From: a virus
Taxonomy: Duplodnaviria > Caudoviricetes
Direction: 5' to 3' (one strand)
Virus record (IMG/VR): IMGVR_UViG_3300020079_000007
Span: 64,001 to 128,000 of that record
Length of the DNA stretch: 64,000 nt
The notes beneath the pieces are model-generated. The model was given only the letters and a program-made list of their open reading frames with translations, did no database searches and was not told where the DNA came from. Shown in pieces: positions 1-9,005 of the stretch (the stretch's first letter is position 1; each line of letters begins with the position of its first letter). The position numbers and the translations under genes are program-made.

Positions 1-2097
1 ATAAAATCTTTTGTAAATAAAGTCATAAGTAAAATTAACAGGACCTGCATTTTCTCTTTCAAACTTTATTGCATCTGATGTGCCAAGAATCTTAACATCT
101 TCAAAAATAAATCTTTCGTCCATCTTATCAGTAAGTTTTGTTCTGAACTTAAAAGATGGTGTTGTTCTTTTTACAATTATGTCAAGTCTTTTTGTGGTTT
201 TTAATACATTGAACAAGTCATCTTTCTTTGCAGGAGTTGATATAACTGAAATGTTTTTACTTAAAGCTTCAGTAACATAATTGAATCCTGTCTTATCAAA
301 ATGAAGATTTTTGAGGTCTTGTTTTCTTTTTGTATTAAGCTCCTCTTTTTCTTTATCAAGTTCTTCACAATGGTCATAATATGCTTTTGCGCATTCTTTA
401 CGCTTATTCCAATGGTCATATATATAAAGAGCTTCAAGATCCTTTTTGTATTCATCAACTTCTGCTTGAATCTTTTTCTTTTCATCTCGTTCAGCTTTAA
501 GTTTTGCAAAAAAGCCTTCTGCCTTCTCACTATCCGACTTTTCTTTATTCTTTTTCTTCTTTGTATCTTCAATGTATCTTTCAGTATCAAACTGCATCTG
601 ACTTCTTAAATGTGTGTAGAAGCCACTGAGGTCAGTATGTTCTTTCAAATACTTTTCTTTTTGTTCTTCAACATACTTTTCATACTTATCAGAGTCTTCA
701 TCAGAAAACTTCGCTTTCTTACCTGCAATAAAGTCATTTACGATTGAAGTAGAGTCTTCTTCCAAAGCAACTTTCCAATCAGCTTCATATTGTTCATCAA
801 GTTCTTTTTGCTTTTTGAGAATTTCTTCAAGGTGGTCCTCATAATCATCTTGTATCTTTGCAGCAGCTGAGTTCTCTAATCCTTTAGTAATTGCTGAACC
901 TTTACCAAATAAGTTTGACATATCAGTTCCTGCAAGTTCATTGAATGCTGAAATGTAGGCAAGTTTTGTATCGCCTCTTATTGAGAATGAAGAGCGCCCA
1001 GGTGTGTCAATTCCATCAAGAGGTCTTTCAACAACGCCACTTGCATAATTGATTGTGCCTGATTTTCTTTGATATGCTGGAATGTCGATTGAAGATATAC
1101 GAGCAGATAACAATGTTGATGAGAATAAAGCTTTAATGAATGCTTGTCCTCTGCCAAGCAATTTTGTATCGTGTGTATCATCATCTCTTATTCTGAAGTA
1201 GACATCATACATATTTGACATTGCGTCAGGATAGTTGATTGCTTCCATCTCAGTTAAAGGCTGATTACCAAATTTCATATTTATAACTGGGTCAGCATCA
1301 TAATCAATTGTATCTGAAACTGATGTTGTGTACACATCCTTCATATTGCTGTAATCTGTAGGAGAAGGCGTTACAGGATTTAAGTCAGCTACAGGCTCTT
1401 CCATAACAGGGAGAGGATTTCCTACATCAAGAGGATTTGCTCTTAGCATTGGGATTGCAGGATTTATACCTATACCAGTACCGAACGCACCATCAGATGA
1501 ACTGCCTGTAACTGAGTCTTTTGTATTTTCAGCATAAGAATTGCTATCACCGTCATTCCCGTTTCCGTTACCGCCACCTGAAGAGCTGTTGTTATGATTG
1601 CTTAAGTCATCAACAACACCCTTTAAAACTCCGTATAAAAACTGGGCAGCGCCTTCAGATTCATTTTGATTTACATTACCAATTTTGCCATAATTACTTG
1701 TTGCTTCTGAAAACATTCCTGTTTCAAAACCGTCAGCAATAACATTTACAATCTTTCCATAAGGGTCGCCTGCAGGGCCTGTGATATTGACTTCATTGGC
1801 AATCTCTTCGCCTTTATACCCATTTACATTTCTTTCAGTAAAGATGTCGCCGTTGTTTATAACAGCATTGTCTGTTTCACCATAAGGCGTAGGACCTTGA
1901 GCGCCTGTGTTACTGTTCAAGCTTATTGTTGAGGAACCATCATCTTTTGAAGTTGTCTGACCGTTATATGAAGTTGGACTTGAAAACTTATTTGCGCCAC
2001 TTTCTGGGCCTTTTCCTTTATACTGACCCTCTCCATTTTCAGGAATGTCATCTGGTCCTGATTGGTCAAATATACTTAATCTGTAAGAATCTGCCAT
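1..2097 (-). CDS. Large structural protein (runs off the left edge); low-complexity Gly/Ser/Asn N-terminus followed by a tail-tube-like segment
   Basis: Not in the ORF track. ATG at 2097 (MADSYRLSIFDQSGPDD...), no stop seen before the window edge. Contains PDAMSNMYDVYF, like ADAQTNMYDVQL (2172..2819) and PDFMPNMYNVYF (37106..38152). ACTAAT motif upstream. Confidence 0.65.
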   Translation of the reverse strand, partial: MADSYRLSIFDQSGPDDIPENGEGQYKGKGPESGANKFSSPTSYNGQTTSKDDGSSTISLNSNTGAQGPTPYGETDNAVINNGDIFTERNVNGYKGEEIANEVNITGPAGDPYGKIVNVIADGFETGMFSEATSNYGKIGNVNQNESEGAAQFLYGVLKGVVDDLSNHNNSSSGGGNGNGNDGDSNSYAENTKDSVTGSSSDGAFGTGIGINPAIPMLRANPLDVGNPLPVMEEPVADLNPVTPSPTDYSNMKDVYTTSVSDTIDYDADPVINMKFGNQPLTEMEAINYPDAMSNMYDVYFRIRDDDTHDTKLLGRGQAFIKALFSSTLLSARISSIDIPAYQRKSGTINYASGVVERPLDGIDTPGRSSFSIRGDTKLAYISAFNELAGTDMSNLFGKGSAITKGLENSAAAKIQDDYEDHLEEILKKQKELDEQYEADWKVALEEDSTSIVNDFIAGKKAKFSDEDSDKYEKYVEEQKEKYLKEHTDLSGFYTHLRSQMQFDTERYIEDTKKKKNKEKSDSEKAEGFFAKLKAERDEKKKIQAEVDEYKKDLEALYIYDHWNKRKECAKAYYDHCEELDKEKEELNTKRKQDLKNLHFDKTGFNYVTEALSKNISVISTPAKKDDLFNVLKTTKRLDIIVKRTTPSFKFRTKLTDKMDERFIFEDVKILGTSDAIKFERENAGPVNFTYDFIYKRFY

Positions 2098-2121
2098 ATT
2101 GAAAAATTAGTCATAAAAAAT

Positions 2122-2141
2122 GGCGGTCATAAGAGACCGCC
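2122..2141 (-). terminator. Intrinsic terminator
   Basis: GGCGGTC/GACCGCC stem, followed on the minus strand by a T-run, downstream of 2172..2819. Confidence 0.7.
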
Positions 2142-2171
2142 ATAAAACAGATAATTGCTTATCTAGGAAAA

Positions 2172-2819
2172 TTACAAGTTTGTGTTTCCTTCACCTGGGT
2201 TTCCTGCAGCGAAGCCTGGGTATTTAACCTTACCGAACTTGAAGTCAACTGTGAACTTGATAACGTCTGCGCCGTCAGTTGAGAACTTAGGCATTGTAAC
2301 TTTTGTTACGATACAGTTCTCAAATACCCACTGAAGACCACCTTTGATAAGTCCTTCACCTGGGCCTGCATTTGGATTTGAGTATTCCTCAAGTCCTTTA
2401 GGTGCACCTGCTAATGCGCCTGCTGCTGAGTTTCCTGCTGCAACGATAGCAGAGTCAATTGTTTTAACAGTTACTTTACCAACTTTGTCGATATTTGCGT
2501 TTGATACACCACCTGTGTTAGGGTCAACGTGCCAAGAAAGCAAAGAAGTAAATGCCTGATAAAGTCCATATTTTGCATCCATTCTAAACTCGAGTGAGAA
2601 TGCTCTTTCAAAATTCTGCTCTGTCTTTACACGAGGATATTTAACACCGTGATATGCATTTTCATATGTAGGAGCTTCAACATCAGGAATTTCAAAGCCT
2701 GAAGCACGAACAGTTGCGTTCCAGTTAGCAAACTCTAACTGAACATCATACATATTTGTCTGTGCATCAGCGCCTGCTTCTATCAATGCTTGAAGTCCGC
2801 TATTAACTACATCACTCAT
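2172..2819 (-). CDS. Putative tail tube protein (gp19-like fold)
   Basis: 215 aa. NMYDV...FEIP...FSLEFRMD...WVFENC...FTVDFKF pattern typical of myophage tube proteins; good SD. Confidence 0.6.
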   Translation of the reverse strand: MSDVVNSGLQALIEAGADAQTNMYDVQLEFANWNATVRASGFEIPDVEAPTYENAYHGVKYPRVKTEQNFERAFSLEFRMDAKYGLYQAFTSLLSWHVDPNTGGVSNANIDKVGKVTVKTIDSAIVAAGNSAAGALAGAPKGLEEYSNPNAGPGEGLIKGGLQWVFENCIVTKVTMPKFSTDGADVIKFTVDFKFGKVKYPGFAAGNPGEGNTNL

Positions 2820-2841
2820 TTCAATCTCCTATGATATTTAT

Positions 2842-3384
2842 TTAGTAACCAAGATGAAGTCTTCGTTCAGCCATTTTTGCAATAACAGCCAAAGTATTAG
2901 GACTTAAATCGTGGTTGTAAAGTGTCGTATTATATTTAGATTTTATAATCATCGCACCGCCAAATGTTCCTAACGCTTCTGTAACTTGTAAGCAAAGAAT
3001 ACAAGGATGGTCAGGTGTATCTTGTGGGTCTAACATAATCCTAATTATCAAATCATCAGGCACCAAATACACATTATGTGGCACAACAATCTGATAGATT
3101 TCTTTGTTGTCTTCTGCAGCTGCGTTAACTAAAGAATCGACAGTATAGCCACTTTCGATGTTTCCACCAATACGACGATAAGGAATATCTTCCATAGGTG
3201 GGAAAACAACTGGGATAACATCAGCCATTTGTATGTTTGCATTTTTAGGGTCGCCTTCATCATTTCTCGTAAGTCTTATACGAATACAATCTGTAGGTGA
3301 GCCTTCGTGTTCAATCTGCAAATCAATGAGTTTTCTTCTTATGTTGTCTTGTTTCATCGCAAGTCTTTGCTGCCAAGTTCTCAT
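2842..3384 (-). CDS. Putative virion neck/head-completion protein
   Basis: 180 aa, structural context, ACTAAAT motif directly upstream; function inferred from context only. Confidence 0.35.
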   Translation of the reverse strand: MRTWQQRLAMKQDNIRRKLIDLQIEHEGSPTDCIRIRLTRNDEGDPKNANIQMADVIPVVFPPMEDIPYRRIGGNIESGYTVDSLVNAAAEDNKEIYQIVVPHNVYLVPDDLIIRIMLDPQDTPDHPCILCLQVTEALGTFGGAMIIKSKYNTTLYNHDLSPNTLAVIAKMAERRLHLGY

Positions 3385-3443
3385 ATTTATTTAGTTGACT
3401 AAATTGTTATGGTGAGTTGCAGGAATGCAGCTATGGAGATAAG

Positions 3444-5990
3444 ATGGATAAGTTTCATAGAAACCCTATGCAAATGCCATCAACATCAGAAGCAAAATTT
3501 GATGATGCATTTGCTGAATTAAAGCAGCGCGAGCTTCTTTACAATCGCGATAAGAAAGAACTTGGTATTAAAATCGGAGATAAATTGATTATCCCAAAAC
3601 CAAGAGTTGATGAATTCAATGTAACATACAATGAAGATGACGAAATTGCATTGAAAGATGATGTTACTGTAGATTCAATTACCGCACGAGCAGACCGTCA
3701 AGGTGTTGATTGGAAATCACAAACATTATTAGCAGAAACAACAGAAGAAAGAACAGTTATTCTTATATGTGTTAAAGATAACGAAAGAGAGACAGGAATG
3801 GTTGGCTTTTTCGGTGGCGAAATTGTTGAACTTGGAGAAGATGTTGAAAGTCACTATCAAGTTTCTTTAACTTCAACAGGTTCTCGTCTTATAAAAGGCG
3901 CAACAACAAATAAAAAGAAAGCCAAACCTTGCTTTGTAAAATATAATGGAGATTACTATTACGGACTCCATTTTAAGGAATCTAGCCCTGCAAAAATTTA
4001 TCACGCAGGTTGGTCAAATATCCCAGGCCCTCTTGCAGCGCCTTCATACACGACTTACACAGATGGAGATTTCTCAGAAATCGTCGACCTCGACGATGAT
4101 TCTGAGACAGGGACGGAAGTAATTGAATTAAGTTGGGCAGACATTGAAAGCTACAACTGGGAATTCATAGGTGAACTTACAAGCAGACAAACTGTAAACT
4201 TTAGAAACAACTATAATGCAGTTGGCTCAGGCAATAACCGATACTATTCTCTTGCTTCAAACATTCGCTTATATCCTGTAAACAGAAGCGGCTCAAATGC
4301 ATCAACAGTTGAACTTCACCCAGGGCGGGGCTCAATTACAGTTGAAGGACGCGATGTAACAAATGTTCGATTTGCTATCACTGATGATGTTGGCTATGTT
4401 ACATTAAGACTTAAGAACTGGGGAGGTATGAACAACATTCCTCGTCAGGGTGCAAATATGGTTATCTTTCATGATAATGGCACAGGAAATGCTCCTAACA
4501 CTGCTCAGCAATTAGAAAGCCATTACTTCCCTTATGCAGCTACAGGCACTGATGGGTATATCTCTGACTTTACTTTCGGACCACTTCCAAGAGGAACCTA
4601 TTGGATAAGACAGGGCTCAGGTAATTATAACACAAAGGTTGAATACTACATTCTTCAAACAGAAGCATACTCAGGTGAAGATGACATAGTAACGGCAGGC
4701 GACCATTATGATTATGATTTCAAGCACGGTTTGAAAATCAAAACACATAATGACATTCACTGGGAAACAAGTCGTAATGGCAACAGTGGCGTTATTATTT
4801 GTGATGCACCTACAAACGAAGTTGACTCAGAAGGCCTTTTACAGGTTGAGGTTTTAGGTCCTTGTAGATTTACAGTTGGATTTTCTAAACTACCTGATGA
4901 TGAAGCGCCTACTACAACATTACTTATATCTGAAACTCTTGAAGCTGGGGATGAAGCTTGGCAAAGAGCAGTTCAAGGATATTCACGAAATGATGCAGCA
5001 ATCACTGATGTTACTTATGAGTATTCTGGAAAGTGGGGTAAAAAGCAAACTCTTTATGTTGCAACTGACCGTCCTGCTGCCATATATTATGCTGCAATTG
5101 AATACCCATCATTCTCAGGTGGTGCAATTATTGCAGATATTATTCGTGGCCTTGATGAAACAGGAGAGGACGGCTCACCTCATATTATCAGACCTTCAGG
5201 CGTTATTGATAAAGCATCTTTAATGACAATTGCAGGCGTATGTCTTAATTCTGAAAAACAGTTGGTAATTGACTTAAGTAACTGTACTGCTGCCACAGAC
5301 GCGCAGGATTGGTCAGGTGATGATGATTTGTCAAAACTATTCCAAGGTGCTTCTTCAGTAAATAAGTTTATTTATCCTAAAGGAACTTTGACTGCAGGTA
5401 ATGCGCCGTTCTTGAACTGTTCATTCTTAAGAGATATTGAATTTAATGATGAAATGTATCAGCTCGGTTACTCTACGTGGGTTAACAGAAACCAAGGATT
5501 CTTCTCAGGTGCTCGTATTAAAGAAGTATGGCTTCCAAAGCAATTAGGTCAGAGAACAGGTGTTCACGCTTGGGGCGGATACTTTATGGCGCAGAACAAC
5601 GTTATTGGGTTATACATCAGACCTGATTCTTATTATGCTCAGAATAATATAAGCATAGCTAACATATTTACAAATCAAGATTGGTATAACACAGCGCATC
5701 AATTCTGGTCAACTTGGAACTACTCTCGTGGCGACTTCAAAATATATCTTCCTTGTAAACGTATTGGGTCACCTGAAGATAATAATTGGGAAACAGGAAA
5801 TCAATGGCTTTATAATCGTTGGATGAACCAAGTAGGAAATACAACTTTTGCATCAGTAATGAACGAGTATTTGTCAAGCGTTACAAAAAATGTTCCTTCT
5901 TTGGAAAGAACAGACCTTGTAAGAGACCACTTGGTTCCTTATGATGTAAATGAAATGTGGTATGAGCCAAGATGTTTGGATCTTGTGTAA
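3444..5990 (+). CDS. Putative tail fibre/receptor-binding protein with C-terminal BspA/TpLRR-type leucine-rich repeats
   Basis: Beta-rich domains, then LRR-like units (FIYPKGTLTAGNAPFLNCSFLRDIEF; FFSGARIKEVWLPKQL). Start placed at ATG 3444 after GGAG. Confidence 0.55.
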   Translation: MDKFHRNPMQMPSTSEAKFDDAFAELKQRELLYNRDKKELGIKIGDKLIIPKPRVDEFNVTYNEDDEIALKDDVTVDSITARADRQGVDWKSQTLLAETTEERTVILICVKDNERETGMVGFFGGEIVELGEDVESHYQVSLTSTGSRLIKGATTNKKKAKPCFVKYNGDYYYGLHFKESSPAKIYHAGWSNIPGPLAAPSYTTYTDGDFSEIVDLDDDSETGTEVIELSWADIESYNWEFIGELTSRQTVNFRNNYNAVGSGNNRYYSLASNIRLYPVNRSGSNASTVELHPGRGSITVEGRDVTNVRFAITDDVGYVTLRLKNWGGMNNIPRQGANMVIFHDNGTGNAPNTAQQLESHYFPYAATGTDGYISDFTFGPLPRGTYWIRQGSGNYNTKVEYYILQTEAYSGEDDIVTAGDHYDYDFKHGLKIKTHNDIHWETSRNGNSGVIICDAPTNEVDSEGLLQVEVLGPCRFTVGFSKLPDDEAPTTTLLISETLEAGDEAWQRAVQGYSRNDAAITDVTYEYSGKWGKKQTLYVATDRPAAIYYAAIEYPSFSGGAIIADIIRGLDETGEDGSPHIIRPSGVIDKASLMTIAGVCLNSEKQLVIDLSNCTAATDAQDWSGDDDLSKLFQGASSVNKFIYPKGTLTAGNAPFLNCSFLRDIEFNDEMYQLGYSTWVNRNQGFFSGARIKEVWLPKQLGQRTGVHAWGGYFMAQNNVIGLYIRPDSYYAQNNISIANIFTNQDWYNTAHQFWSTWNYSRGDFKIYLPCKRIGSPEDNNWETGNQWLYNRWMNQVGNTTFASVMNEYLSSVTKNVPSLERTDLVRDHLVPYDVNEMWYEPRCLDLV

Positions 5991-6178
5991 AAATGGCACA
6001 GCTTTCAAAAAATGATATACTAACTAATTACTAAAACAATTTGTGTAGTGCTTAATATATGCAGATAAGCGGGAATTATATACCGCAAAAAGTAGGGTTT
6101 TATATATCTAAATATATCGTTCAAGTACACCACATTCTTGTTTTAATTTTCAACAATAAAATAAGGAAAGGTGAAAAA

Positions 6179-7810
6179 ATGAGTGCAACATCAGTAATTG
6201 CAGGTCAGAAAGACGCTGCAGCATTGCGTGAGGCAACAAGAAAAACTCTCGCAAAAACAGAAAGAGAATTCCGTGGAGCTAAGTTCGTAGAATCTTGGTC
6301 TCGTATCCCTAAAATCGGTGCAGGTTTGAATAAGCTTCCTGAAGCAGTAGCTCGTAACACAGCTATCAACCTTCAGACACAGGCTGCTTCAATGGCAAAA
6401 ATGACAGAAGCACAGCTTTCAACTTCATTCCAAGGTTTCACACCTGAGAATATGTTGAGACTTGTTCGTTTAGCAATGCCTAACACTTGCCGTAACAAGG
6501 TATTCACAGAGTTCGCTATGGAGTCAGCAAAGGACTCTATCAAATACATCAAACCTGTTTATTCAAAGACAGTTGATGGTAGTGATCTTCACGACAAGCA
6601 CACTGCTAACAAAGAAGGTGCTTATCAGGATGCATCAAAGTATAAAGATGTTTACAATGACATCAACGAAGACGATTTCCAGAGAGCTCTCTATGAGAAC
6701 ACTGAAGACCGCTTCACTCAGGAGCTTGTAAACATTCAGGGTACAGGTGGAGTGTTCACAATCCCTGCAACTCCTGCTGCTGATGCAAATCCTTTTGTTA
6801 AAGCATCAAAGCTCATCCCAGGTTATATGAAAGTATACGTTGGTGATGAAACACATCCAGTTGCTGAAGAGAACAAAAGAACAGGAAACTTCTTCGTAAA
6901 CACAGACGACTATCCTAACGCAAAAGTAACAAAGACTGTAGACGACGAAACTGGTGATATCACAATCGAAGTTGAAGGCGTTGAAGGCGACGTTAAAGTA
7001 TTTGCACGTTTCGATATGGAAGACGACTTCCTCGGAACAAACCTTGGTGAGATTGAACTCGTAATGAGCGACTACAAGTTTGAACCACGTCCAACAACAA
7101 TTGGTGTTACTTGGTCACAGCTTGCTGAAATCACTCTTGACGCTTCATTCGGTCTTTCAGCTCAGGATATGTTGGTACAGTATGCAGGTGATGCAATCCG
7201 TATCAATCTCGACCTCCGTTCATTCAAGCTTGCTTACGGTGTAGCTCGTTCAAACAAGGACTATATCGTTGAGTTCGATGCTGCTTATGGTAACGGTGAA
7301 AACATCGAAGGTTACTTCCACACAGCTCAGACATTCCCATCTGCAGTTGATACAGTAACTGACGTTATGGTAAACGACATCAACCGTGGTGGCGTTTCAA
7401 GAATGGTTGCAGGTTTCTCTGCAGGTTCTTACCTCAAACTCGTTAAGGGTACATTCTCTGACAAAGGCCGTCAGGCTGCAAAGGGTATTTACCAGATTGG
7501 TGAGTTCGGTGGAATCCCAACATTCAAGGCTCCTTCAAGCATTATCCCAACAAATGAGATTATGTGTGTATGGAAGGACGACGAAAACGAAGGCGACGTT
7601 GCAATCGCATTCGGTACATTGGTTCCATTCTTCAACACTGGTATCATCCAGAGAAAGAACTTCTATAAAGAAGCTGGTCTTGCAACATATGGTGACTGGG
7701 CAGTACTTAACAGACGTTATCTCGCTCTTATCCGTATCAAGGGATTGAAGGATACAACAGACGGCCGCGTAGGTGGTATGTTGAAATATTCACAGGGTCC
7801 AAAGGACTAA
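6179..7810 (+). CDS. Major capsid protein, T4 gp23-like
   Basis: MLRLVRLAMPN...FAMES (gp23 Gol-region-like), VTWSQLAEITL, FYKEAGLATYG; strongly biased codons; two hairpins downstream. Confidence 0.85.
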   Translation: MSATSVIAGQKDAAALREATRKTLAKTEREFRGAKFVESWSRIPKIGAGLNKLPEAVARNTAINLQTQAASMAKMTEAQLSTSFQGFTPENMLRLVRLAMPNTCRNKVFTEFAMESAKDSIKYIKPVYSKTVDGSDLHDKHTANKEGAYQDASKYKDVYNDINEDDFQRALYENTEDRFTQELVNIQGTGGVFTIPATPAADANPFVKASKLIPGYMKVYVGDETHPVAEENKRTGNFFVNTDDYPNAKVTKTVDDETGDITIEVEGVEGDVKVFARFDMEDDFLGTNLGEIELVMSDYKFEPRPTTIGVTWSQLAEITLDASFGLSAQDMLVQYAGDAIRINLDLRSFKLAYGVARSNKDYIVEFDAAYGNGENIEGYFHTAQTFPSAVDTVTDVMVNDINRGGVSRMVAGFSAGSYLKLVKGTFSDKGRQAAKGIYQIGEFGGIPTFKAPSSIIPTNEIMCVWKDDENEGDVAIAFGTLVPFFNTGIIQRKNFYKEAGLATYGDWAVLNRRYLALIRIKGLKDTTDGRVGGMLKYSQGPKD

Positions 7811-7844
7811 TCAATGGGGCGTAAGCCCCTTGTAGAAATAAAAA

Positions 7845-7866
7845 AGGCAACCGAAAGGTTGCCTTG
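7845..7866. terminator. Terminator hairpin between convergent genes
   Basis: AAGGCAACC-GAAA-GGTTGCCTT; a second hairpin GGGGC-GTAA-GCCCC at about 7816-7829. Confidence 0.75.
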
Positions 7867-7889
7867 TTCATTTTAAATCAATTGTTTTA

Positions 7890-8363
7890 CTAAAGAATGT
7901 ATTGCCAAACAAGTCTTGGAACAATCATTCCTTTTTCACGGATCCATTTAAACTTCTGAATTGATGCCTTATTGCTTAATGACTTTATCAGGCCAAGAAC
8001 GATTTCGATATATTCTTTTGCATTATCTGTAAGTTTGTAATGTCCACGATTTTTCTTGTAATCTGAAGCCCATTCAAAAACATTTGGATTTGCACGGAGC
8101 GGTTCCAAATTTGAAGGAGTTGAAGAAAATTTGGTAAGCTGCTTATAAGTAACTTCACCATCATTCTGATAAACAAAAAGCAAAGTCATAAACCAATCTG
8201 AAATTACCATATCGCCGTCTGCATCGATCTTAAAAGGATATGTGCAGTGAATTGATGGGGTAAAACGATATTTTGGATTTGCAGGAAGAGACATAAGTTT
8301 GCCTGTATGAATCCCGTATTTGTAAGAAAGGTTCCTAAGCAGTTTTGTATATATGATACTCAT
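7890..8363 (-). CDS. Hypothetical early protein (possible winged-helix)
   Basis: 157 aa with SD, preceded by a class-I promoter motif. Confidence 0.5.
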   Translation of the reverse strand: MSIIYTKLLRNLSYKYGIHTGKLMSLPANPKYRFTPSIHCTYPFKIDADGDMVISDWFMTLLFVYQNDGEVTYKQLTKFSSTPSNLEPLRANPNVFEWASDYKKNRGHYKLTDNAKEYIEIVLGLIKSLSNKASIQKFKWIREKGMIVPRLVWQYIL

Positions 8364-8384
8364 AATTTGCTCCTTTTACTGTTA

Positions 8385-8423
8385 TTACAATAATAATATA
8401 AAGAAGTAAATATGAAAGTTTAA
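8385..8423 (-). promoter_or_regulatory. Class-I (early-type) promoter TTAAAC-N17-TATATT...TTGTAA
   Basis: 39-bp motif recurring at 18912-18950, 34820-34858, 35942-35980, 49788-49826, 59695-59733, and partly at 29284-29316. Confidence 0.75.
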
Positions 8424-9004
8424 ATTATATAAAGATTTTGTGCAATTTGTTTGATATAGGAGTCAATTTCATTTACGACTTGGGAAAGGTGTTTTGTCAA
8501 GTGAATTTCTTGATTTTGCAAACCACCTGAAGCAGCGTGTTTTTCATCCCAAATGCCTTTTCCTTTTTCGCCTGTAAACTTGTAAATTGATAAGTTGTGT
8601 TTTGCAAGTCCTTCCCAACAACCCTGCCAATAAAATGATGGGTCATCAGAATAAAACTTTACATCACAACTGTGAATTGCTTTTTTAAGTGCCTGCTCAA
8701 GTTGTCCATAACCCATATTCTTTTCATCTTTAAGATATTGTCCAACTTTATAAAAGCGAAGACACAATGTGTATTGCTCGTTCTTTCCTTGAGGAAGATT
8801 TGTTGAGGCTATATACCCAGTTGCCCCGTAAGTTGAGTTGGCAAAAAATATCAACTCGAGAAAATCTTGTTTTCTGTAATAAGCAGCTTGGCCCAAATCA
8901 ATGTTGAAATCATTTTGATAACGCAAATCAAGATGATGTTGTGTCAAGCCTGAAACTGAATTACCTGCTAATGAATCTATAGTTGCCTCAAGGAATAACT
9001 GCAT
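8420..9004 (-). CDS. Hypothetical protein, degenerate SWIM-like motif
   Basis: DVKFYSDDPSFYWQG...LTKHL resembles phage CxC...CKH proteins with the Cys residues lost. Confidence 0.4.
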   Translation of the reverse strand: MQLFLEATIDSLAGNSVSGLTQHHLDLRYQNDFNIDLGQAAYYRKQDFLELIFFANSTYGATGYIASTNLPQGKNEQYTLCLRFYKVGQYLKDEKNMGYGQLEQALKKAIHSCDVKFYSDDPSFYWQGCWEGLAKHNLSIYKFTGEKGKGIWDEKHAASGGLQNQEIHLTKHLSQVVNEIDSYIKQIAQNLYII

Positions 9005-9005
9005 T

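Noticed and set aside
80-1742. Short ORF-track calls at the left edge
   Set aside because: Shadows of the long minus-strand gene 1..2097
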